This document shows positions 15,082 through 21,069 of a DNA stretch of 21,069 nucleotides, one piece after another; positions within the stretch are counted from its first letter, which is position 1, and each line of letters starts with the position of its first letter. The stretch lies in the IMG/VR virus record IMGVR_UViG_2630968342_000014. One strand, given 5' to 3'. The position numbers and the translations under genes were made by a program. The notes under the pieces are model-generated. The model ran no database searches, was not told where the DNA came from, and saw only the letters and a list, made by a program, of their open reading frames with translations. Source of the stretch: a virus (taxonomy: Duplodnaviria; Heunggongvirae; Uroviricota; Caudoviricetes).

Positions 15082-15101
15082 TACTGTATTTATGAACAGT
15101 G
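15082..15101. promoter_or_regulatory. Consensus LexA (SOS) box upstream of the KilA-N gene
   Basis: TACTGTATTTATGAACAGTG read directly: CTGT (15084-15087), 8-nt AT-rich spacer, ACAG (15096-15099), matching the CTGT-N8-ACAG SOS-box consensus. Lies about 100 bp upstream of the ATG at 15199. Confidence 0.7.
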
Positions 15102-15198
15102 TATCCTTGATAACTATTAAAAATCGCAGTAAGTTCATCCTGCATCAACGAAAAGGGAGTGCAGTCCCGCTCGTGGATAAAAATTTGTGGAGAAACCA

Positions 15199-16014
15199 AT
15201 GAATCAGTTGCTTGTAATTGATGGCGTTTCTGTGCGCCAGTACTTCGAATCTAACTACTGTCTTAACGACCTTCAGAAAGCTGCTCTTCTTGCCGCTGGT
15301 GAGAATCGCTCCTCCCGTTCGCTGGAAGTTCACGAGTTTATGCGTCGTCCTGAAACGAAGGCTCTTGTGGAATTATTGGAAGAAGAAACTACGGGAGATT
15401 CCCGTAGTATTCCTGTCATCACCATTCAGGGGCGCAATGGTGGGACGTATGTCTGTAAAGAGCTGGTCTATGCATATGCAATGTGGATCAGCCCGGCATT
15501 CAGCTTAAAAGTGATACGTACTTTTGATGCGCTTCATAATTCATCACCAGAAGAAACCACATCCGACAAAATTAAATCCGGGGTCATTCTGCTTGAATCA
15601 GCAGCAAAGACTCTAAATCTGTCAAACTCCTCGAAACTTGGTGCATACCAGAAATTATCAAAGGTAGCTGGTCTTCCTGAACTTATGCCGATCTATGCCA
15701 TTGATGCACCTGCTGATGCGCCAGATGGTTCAAGCCGCCCTACGCTGTCGCTGAGTGCACTGCTGAAGCAGTATGGTATCCGCCTGACGGCTAATCAGGC
15801 ATATCACCAGATGGCGAAGCTGGGGATCGTTGAACAACGCGAACGATACAGCCGTACCGCGATTAACAACATCAAAAAATTCTGGTCGCTGACAGCGAAA
15901 GGCTGCATGTTCGGCAAGAACATCACCAGTCCTGCAAATCCGCGCGAGACGCAGCCGCATTTCTTCGAATCCCGATTCCCTGAGCTGTTAAAGCTGCTCG
16001 ATACCGTTCATTGA
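15199..16014 (+). CDS. KilA-N domain protein (antirepressor-like)
   Basis: The ATG at 15199 has a GGAGAAACC Shine-Dalgarno (the track starts at GTG 15187). The N-terminal region (IDGVSVRQYF...GTYVCKELVYAYAMWISPAFSLKVIRTFD) fits the KilA-N DNA-binding domain pattern. Confidence 0.7.
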   Translation: MNQLLVIDGVSVRQYFESNYCLNDLQKAALLAAGENRSSRSLEVHEFMRRPETKALVELLEEETTGDSRSIPVITIQGRNGGTYVCKELVYAYAMWISPAFSLKVIRTFDALHNSSPEETTSDKIKSGVILLESAAKTLNLSNSSKLGAYQKLSKVAGLPELMPIYAIDAPADAPDGSSRPTLSLSALLKQYGIRLTANQAYHQMAKLGIVEQRERYSRTAINNIKKFWSLTAKGCMFGKNITSPANPRETQPHFFESRFPELLKLLDTVH

Positions 16015-16015
16015 G

Positions 16016-17011
16016 GTGACCGTGAGAGCACTACTGACCCCTGAAATCGCCCCGCGTATGGGGATCGTATTGTTCAGGCCAGGTTCAGAGCTGATGCCCC
16101 TGTTTATGCAGGGGCGTGTCCTGCTGGAGCCTGAGCCGGAACGTTATTCATCTTTTGCCAGTGGTGCCGTTCCGGCAGCATCACAACCGCTGGCGGATGA
16201 TCCTGCCGTTCGGGCCGTGTTCCGCCATGAGGCGGTGATCCGTCGTGCTGGTGGCGTGGAATGCCTTGAGAGCTGGTTACTTCGTGAAAAGGGCTGTCAG
16301 TGGCCTCATTCCGACTGGCACAGCGAGAACATGACCACAATGCGGCACGCGCCAGGCGCAATCCGTCTGTGCTGGCACTGTGACAATCTTCTCCGTGACC
16401 AGTTCACGGAACGGCTGGAAGCAATGGCAACGGATAACTGTGCCCGCTGGGTGTTGTCTGTTGTGCGCCGTGATCTTGGTTTTGATGACAGTCACGTTGT
16501 GACAATGCCGGAACTGTGCTGGTGGCTGATTCGTAATGACCTGGCGGATGCCTTACCGGAAAGTGCAGCCCGTAAGGCACTGAGATTACCGAAGCCTGTT
16601 GTGCCGTCTGTCACCCGGGAAAGTGACCTTGTGCCTTCGGTTCCTGCCACCAGCATCATCCAGGATAAAGCGAAAAAGGTGCTGGCGCTGAAAGTGGATC
16701 CGGAGTCGCCGGAGTCTTTTATGTTACGCCCCAAACGTCGCCGCTGGGTTAATGAAAAGTACACGCGCTGGGTTAAGACGCAGCCGTGTGCATGTTGTGG
16801 AAAGCCTGCTGATGATCCCCACCATCTGATAGGCCACGGTCAGGGGGGAATGGGTACAAAAGCGCATGATCTCTTTGTGTTGCCTTTGTGCAGAAAGCAT
16901 CACGACGAGCTGCATGCGGATACCGTGGCATTTGAAGAGAAGTATGGCTCCCAGCTGGAGTTGATATTTCGTTTTATCGATCGTGCGCTGGCAATTGGTG
17001 TGCTGGCCTGA
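16016..17011 (+). CDS. DUF968-like protein with C-terminal HNH-like Cys/His zinc-binding motif
   Basis: C-terminus CACCGKPADDPHHLIGHGQGGMGTKAHDLFVLPLCRKHHDELH resembles the DUF968/HNH-like motif of Nin-region proteins in lambdoid prophages. Start uncertain: GTG at 16016 or 16022 after a GAGGTGA Shine-Dalgarno. Confidence 0.6.
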   Translation: MTVRALLTPEIAPRMGIVLFRPGSELMPLFMQGRVLLEPEPERYSSFASGAVPAASQPLADDPAVRAVFRHEAVIRRAGGVECLESWLLREKGCQWPHSDWHSENMTTMRHAPGAIRLCWHCDNLLRDQFTERLEAMATDNCARWVLSVVRRDLGFDDSHVVTMPELCWWLIRNDLADALPESAARKALRLPKPVVPSVTRESDLVPSVPATSIIQDKAKKVLALKVDPESPESFMLRPKRRRWVNEKYTRWVKTQPCACCGKPADDPHHLIGHGQGGMGTKAHDLFVLPLCRKHHDELHADTVAFEEKYGSQLELIFRFIDRALAIGVLA

Positions 17012-17028
17012 TTTTGTGGAGAAAGTTG

Positions 17029-17385
17029 ATGCGTGATATGTATGAAGTAATGGATCGTTGGGGAGCTTGGGCTGCTTCAGACAATAGCGGAGTGGACTGG
17101 CAGCCGATAGCGGCTGGTTTCAAGGGACTTTTACCTCATGGCAAAAAGTCACGGATTCAGTGTGATGATGACGAAGGCATCATGATAGACAGTTGTGTGG
17201 CTCGGTTGAGAAGGTATAAACCAGAGGAATATGAGCTCATCATCGCCCACTTTGTTATCGGTATCTCATTACGTACTATTGCGAAGAAGAGAAAATGCTC
17301 TGATGGCACAATTAGGAAGGAACTGCAAACTGCAATGGGGTTTGTTGACGGCTGTTTAGCAATGTTAGCTTATAGTATGGCATAA
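17029..17385 (+). CDS. Q: Late-gene antiterminator Q (small Q family)
   Basis: The ATG at 17029 has a GGAGAAAG Shine-Dalgarno (the track starts at TTG 17014). Motifs MDRWGAWAA, IAAGFKG, QCDDDEG and KCSDGTIRKELQ match the small Q-antiterminator family of phage 21/Rac-type prophages as I recall them. Confidence 0.8.
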   Translation: MRDMYEVMDRWGAWAASDNSGVDWQPIAAGFKGLLPHGKKSRIQCDDDEGIMIDSCVARLRRYKPEEYELIIAHFVIGISLRTIAKKRKCSDGTIRKELQTAMGFVDGCLAMLAYSMA

Positions 17386-18579
17386 AAAATAAAATAGATT
17401 TACTGCCGATTTTTCAAAAAAGACTGGGAACTGTTTATATCCAACGTAAATAAGGCCTCCATAAAACATGGCTGATGCGAGATATTTAACAGTTCTCATC
17501 CTTTTTTTAGCTTTATCAATCAAACCTGTAATGCTACTCTTAATACTATCTGCATTATCTTTGATTTCTTTATTTTCTTCAAACTTTAAATACTTATCGA
17601 AAGCGGACTCCACTCGAGAACGTAAGTTGTCGAATGTTTCATTGAATATCTCAATAGAAATGTAATTGACTTTTTTTATCATCCAAAGTCCTGCGATAAT
17701 CAATATTGCTTCGGTTGTTTCATTAGCCTTCACTAAGCCACCAGCAGCTATTAATGCACCGGGAATAGTCAATGCTTTTGTCTGATTAGATGATATGAAT
17801 TCGTTAATTTTACTCGTGAACTCAAGATTTTTCTCATCGAGTTCGTTAAGAATTTTATTTACAGAAAACCTCTTTGTGTAAATCTCATATAGTTCATCAT
17901 ATTTTTTCCTGACGAGTTCAGTAGAGTTAAGCAAGTCAAAGAAATTGAACGTACCATTTGCTTTAAATACTTCGTTTATGGCTGAGCGTATAACGAGCTT
18001 GCGCTCGCTTTTGTGTAAATCATTGATTTTTATTGTGTCGAGAAGCTCCTTTATAATTTCATATTTAAGAGACGAGTTCGATAAGCGATTAATCTCGCTA
18101 TATTGTAAAAAATGCGTGAGTTCGACTGTATAACTTTTGTCTTCATTGGTGAAAAATAAGACAGAGCAGTCACTGTTATGATGATCAGCAATTAATGAAA
18201 GGATATCTTTCCACATAAAGAAAATATGGATTTTTTCGATGCTTTCATTCTTAGAAGTAGGGAGTATTAACGGCGTTCCGATGATATAATTTTTCGGAAG
18301 AGCGTTTTGGGTGTTTACTCTAGACCAAAAAGACTCAACATTCTCATAAATTATAGCGTCATCCCAAGATGAAGCTTGGCGATCTAGCCAAATTTCATTA
18401 TTTTCGATGCAGGTTGTTGCCTTTTTATAACCTATAGATTGTAACAGTCTAATTATTTCAGAACTATTTACAATAACAATGCTTTCTTCAAGACTTATGA
18501 CAGTGTAGTAGCCCTCAACTCTGCTTGAGGCTCCGTTAATAATCTGCGCTAATCTTGATAAGTCATCAGCAATTGTCAT
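17365..18579 (-). CDS. Membrane protein (404 aa): about 265-aa soluble N-terminal domain plus C-terminal transmembrane segments; second gene of the AT-rich cassette
   Basis: The ATG at 18579 lies 2 nt after the upstream stop (coupled). Hydrophobic stretches ALTIPGALIAAGGLV, AILIIAGLWMI and YLASAMFYGGLIYVGY near the C-terminus. AT-rich. The 3' end overlaps the 3' end of Q by 21 bp (convergent). Confidence 0.65.
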   Translation of the reverse strand: MTIADDLSRLAQIINGASSRVEGYYTVISLEESIVIVNSSEIIRLLQSIGYKKATTCIENNEIWLDRQASSWDDAIIYENVESFWSRVNTQNALPKNYIIGTPLILPTSKNESIEKIHIFFMWKDILSLIADHHNSDCSVLFFTNEDKSYTVELTHFLQYSEINRLSNSSLKYEIIKELLDTIKINDLHKSERKLVIRSAINEVFKANGTFNFFDLLNSTELVRKKYDELYEIYTKRFSVNKILNELDEKNLEFTSKINEFISSNQTKALTIPGALIAAGGLVKANETTEAILIIAGLWMIKKVNYISIEIFNETFDNLRSRVESAFDKYLKFEENKEIKDNADSIKSSITGLIDKAKKRMRTVKYLASAMFYGGLIYVGYKQFPVFFEKSAVNLFYFLCHTIS

Positions 18580-18581
18580 TA

Positions 18582-19757
18582 TTAGCTGTCTCTATATCTT
18601 TTGAGTTCATCATAATTTGCCTGACTCAATTTTATCACAATTTCGCATTTGTTGTCAGTGAGAATTACAGGCTTATTTGACTTTTCGTCTCCAATAGCTC
18701 CACGCATTATTTTCAACTTAAAATTATTGTCGTTATCTGCCACTTCAATTGTAAGCGCGCTTTCAGCTGCTTTAGGAGTTGGTTCAAATTGAGGGTCAAT
18801 CTGGAAACCATTAAGATTAACAAAATCGACAAACGTTCCCTTACATTTGTGTGAATCAGTCAGGCATGAGTCAATTATTTTTGAAATATCCTCTATCTTA
18901 ACGGACTTATTTCCGTGTTTATCTTTTGATTTTTTTTCCAGTAAGGATTTAACTTCATTGTCAATAGTATCACGCAGTACACGACCGAGTGAGTTTTTAC
19001 TAGCAAAAATATCTATAGCACTGAATAATTGCTGAATGCTTCTTTTATTGTCCGAATCATGTCGGCAACCTAATGAGTCTTTGAAAAAATCGCTTTTAGA
19101 TTTACCTTGCAAGAAATGTACATATGAGTCACCCTTGTTTTCTGGATAACTGGCTTCGAATAAAGTTAAATCGAACATCGCAGCCTGCCGTAAGGCATCG
19201 GTATTAATTGGATTTAATCTTGTTGGGGTCAACTTATCCGAATCAAAGTCATAGGCGCTTTGTTTATCAACCATTACGATTAGAAGTTTCCCCAAATCCT
19301 CTGGTTCGGTAGACTTATAGTGGATGAAAACAACGCTCCCCCCCTGAAGTTGGGCAACTCTCGATTCGTTATTAGCATTATGTTTAAGCTTCTCTATTAT
19401 AGCTCTAGATAAATCAATGAATTCATTATTTTTATTAATGTATTTTTTTAGGATCGTAGGAATGGATGAAGGGTTGTGATCTGAGTCTAGGAAGTTATGA
19501 AATTTGTTTTTTCGGCTAAATTTTTTCTCAATTCTGGTTATGAATTCAGATGTGACTTCATTTTTTAGATCCCAAACTTCACCTAATCGATAATCAAATG
19601 CTCTTGAATCATTTTTTTCAAGATTTGCTGTTACAGCACCAATAGGAAAGTACGATTGTTTGCCCAGCACTACAACATGAGGCGTGGCACCGCATTTATC
19701 GCAAGCTACAGTTGGGTCGTCAAGAACATTGCCACATTCTAAACAAGTTATATCCAT
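18582..19757 (-). CDS. Zinc-ribbon plus NdpA/YejK-like (nucleoid-associated protein family) domain protein; first gene of the AT-rich cassette
   Basis: ATG at 19757. N-terminal C-x2-C-x12-C-x2-C zinc ribbon (CLECGNVLDDPTVACDKCG). Central region GGSVVFIHY...LLIVMVD...YVHFLQGKSKSDFFKDSLG parallels the E. coli YejK/NdpA blocks GGFVLFCHY...YLTFLKG...DFFMDFLG, recalled from memory. Strongly AT-rich with A/T-ending codons. Confidence 0.65.
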   Translation of the reverse strand: MDITCLECGNVLDDPTVACDKCGATPHVVVLGKQSYFPIGAVTANLEKNDSRAFDYRLGEVWDLKNEVTSEFITRIEKKFSRKNKFHNFLDSDHNPSSIPTILKKYINKNNEFIDLSRAIIEKLKHNANNESRVAQLQGGSVVFIHYKSTEPEDLGKLLIVMVDKQSAYDFDSDKLTPTRLNPINTDALRQAAMFDLTLFEASYPENKGDSYVHFLQGKSKSDFFKDSLGCRHDSDNKRSIQQLFSAIDIFASKNSLGRVLRDTIDNEVKSLLEKKSKDKHGNKSVKIEDISKIIDSCLTDSHKCKGTFVDFVNLNGFQIDPQFEPTPKAAESALTIEVADNDNNFKLKIMRGAIGDEKSNKPVILTDNKCEIVIKLSQANYDELKRYRDS

Positions 19758-19875
19758 TATATATCCCGAATTATAAGAATGAATTTTTATGTGGCTGAAA
19801 ATTCTATCAAAACACTAACGCGTACGCAAAAAGTATTGTATTGTGTTAAGAGTGGTTACTTCGCCACACAACTTA

Positions 19876-19899
19876 AACCCGCCACTGAGCGGGTTTTTT
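19876..19899 (+). terminator. Intrinsic terminator (plus-strand orientation)
   Basis: AACCCGC-CACTGA-GCGGGTT followed by TTTTTTG: 7-bp stem, 6-nt loop, run of six T. The reverse orientation has only a 3-U tract. Confidence 0.6.
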
Positions 19900-20023
19900 G
19901 TACCTGTAAACTTGGTGCAGTACAGTAAACACGCTGGTGGTCGTGAATACTGGCTTTTTATCTTGCTGGCTTTTTAGACAAGAGTTATTGGTATGTCACG
20001 TTAACCGGAAAGGGTAAAAAGAC

Positions 20024-20221
20024 ATGCTGAAACAGCAGGATATGACAGAAACCGCCAGAGTTGTGTTTGATGAATTAAGCGTTACCGAACCGGCGACAGT
20101 CGGGGAGATTGCGCAGAATACTTACCTTTCACGCGAACGCTGCCAGTTAATACTGACCCAGCTTGTTATGGCGGGTCTGGCAGACTATCAGTGCGGTTGT
20201 TACAGACGCCTTCAGTCCTGA
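20024..20221 (+). CDS. Small winged-helix-like regulator (65 aa), possibly PapI/FaeA-like
   Basis: ATG at 20024. TVGEIAQNTYLSRERCQLILTQLVMAGL resembles small wHTH regulators. A stem-loop with T-run (GCCTTC-AGTCCT-GAAGGC-TTTTTATTT, about 20207-20234) overlaps the stop. Family guess is low confidence. Confidence 0.45.
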   Translation: MLKQQDMTETARVVFDELSVTEPATVGEIAQNTYLSRERCQLILTQLVMAGLADYQCGCYRRLQS

Positions 20222-20355
20222 AGGCTTTTTATTTGTGGTGAATGGGCGGCTGGTGGGGGGGCGACACCTGTCAGTCCTTTGCTTATGTGTTGATGATAAT
20301 TTACCTTTTGGGGCTATAATTGAGCTAACCAATTGCTAATGAAAGTAAAATTATA

Positions 20356-21069
20356 ATGGCTGTTGTCTGTTCAGTTATCATGGTTTGCTCCCCAATTAAT
20401 ATTTTTCTTGAAAAGGATACGTTGTCACTTAAGCCAGGCTCAGTTGTTCTGGCCACCAAATGCATCAGGGAGCTTTTCCTTATGCATTATGGCAAAGTTA
20501 AAATTGTCGATATAAGCGAATCCGTCGTAAGTCAATATCTGGAAAGTCAGCATAAGCTGACGAGGACTCGTCTGACTGACATTCCGCTTTACCTGTTGCT
20601 GGAACCCAACAATCCTGCGTTGGCTGCGGCTTTAATTACCAGCCAGGGATTTTCCGGAGAGGCCACGGATATGTTTCTTATGATGGCCTGCCTGTCTCTG
20701 TTTGAAACAGATGAACGGATGTCATTGTTTTTAAGTGGATGTTTATCCAGCATAAGTGCCAAAGTCAGGGCGATAATTCAGACAGATATATCAGCAAGCT
20801 GGACGCTTGGTGCGATTGCTCTACAGTTGCATATGAGTGAGAGTTTGTTAAAGACAAAACTGAAAAATGAAGGGGGCATGTTCAGTCGCTTGTTGCTGGA
20901 AGAGCGGATGCGTGTTGCTGTAAATATGTTATGTTCCCGGCATGGATATGGACAGGCTATAGCAGAAAAATGCGGTTATTCAAGCAGGTCCTACTTTATT
21001 TCTGTATTTCACCGCTATTATGGCTTCCCGCCAGACAGATATGTATCCAGGCAAGGGCTTGATTATTGA
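20356..21069 (+). CDS. AraC-family transcriptional regulator, EnvY/AppY-like
   Basis: C-terminal double-HTH: RAIIQTDISASWTLGAIALQLHMSESLLKTKLKNEGGMFSRLLLEERMRVAVNMLCSRHGYGQAIAEKCGYSSRSYFISVFHRYYGFPP closely parallels EnvY/AppY as recalled (IIQSDIQHYW...LLKKKLKNE...CGYSSTSYFISVFK). N-terminus MAVVCSVIMVC parallels AppY MDYVCSVVFIC. Stop codon at the window end. Confidence 0.8.
   Translation: MAVVCSVIMVCSPINIFLEKDTLSLKPGSVVLATKCIRELFLMHYGKVKIVDISESVVSQYLESQHKLTRTRLTDIPLYLLLEPNNPALAAALITSQGFSGEATDMFLMMACLSLFETDERMSLFLSGCLSSISAKVRAIIQTDISASWTLGAIALQLHMSESLLKTKLKNEGGMFSRLLLEERMRVAVNMLCSRHGYGQAIAEKCGYSSRSYFISVFHRYYGFPPDRYVSRQGLDY

Noticed and set aside
16104-16915. Several minus-strand ORFs of 63-90 aa inside the DUF968 gene
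   Set aside because: All nested antisense within a single long plus-strand ORF that has a conserved C-terminal motif; no independent start signals.
17386-17470. PR'/qut late promoter immediately downstream of Q
   Set aside because: Candidate hexamers (TTGACG near 17345, TATAGT near 17371) have 20-bp spacing, and the region is occupied by the 3' end of the convergent cassette gene. No convincing promoter could be defined by eye.
1-21069. CRISPR array, rRNA or other large repeat families
   Set aside because: No spaced direct-repeat array and no rRNA-like conserved blocks were seen. The only tandem repeats are the 12-bp iterons and short operator/direct repeats described above.

Overview
This window reads as the early/regulatory half of a lambdoid (mosaic, enterobacterial-type) prophage, running from the integrase at the left edge to the Q antiterminator, followed by cargo genes. 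All protein identities are from motif recognition by eye; no database search was run. Layout: (1) 75-6623, minus strand: integrase, excisionase and a tightly packed early-left operon (DUF550/DUF551 protein, Ea22-like protein, and a block resembling the E. coli CPS-53 yfdP-yfdT genes including an HD-domain 5'-deoxynucleotidase). (2) 6624-8863: a structured leader plus two AT-rich plus-strand accessory genes (a 144-aa orphan and a repeat-containing BRCT-domain protein) next to an OL/PL-like operator-promoter. (3) 8846-10496: immunity region with an autocleavable cI-like repressor, divergent Cro-like and CII-like genes. (4) 10497-17385, plus strand: Rha, an O-like replication initiator with in-gene iterons, Dam-type methyltransferase, a LexA DNA-binding-domain-only protein, RusA, a KilA-N protein preceded by a consensus LexA box, a DUF968 protein and Q. 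(5) 17365-19757, minus strand: a strongly AT-rich two-gene cassette, convergent with Q, encoding a zinc-ribbon/NdpA-like protein and a membrane protein of about 400 aa; this is my lead candidate for an undescribed system (possible defence/abortive-infection module). (6) 20024-21069: a small wHTH protein and an EnvY/AppY-like AraC regulator. No N-like antiterminator, lysis genes, tRNA, rRNA or CRISPR array were seen. Many listed ORFs start at alternative codons or overlap real genes in other frames; starts were re-picked from in-frame ATG/GTG plus Shine-Dalgarno evidence.
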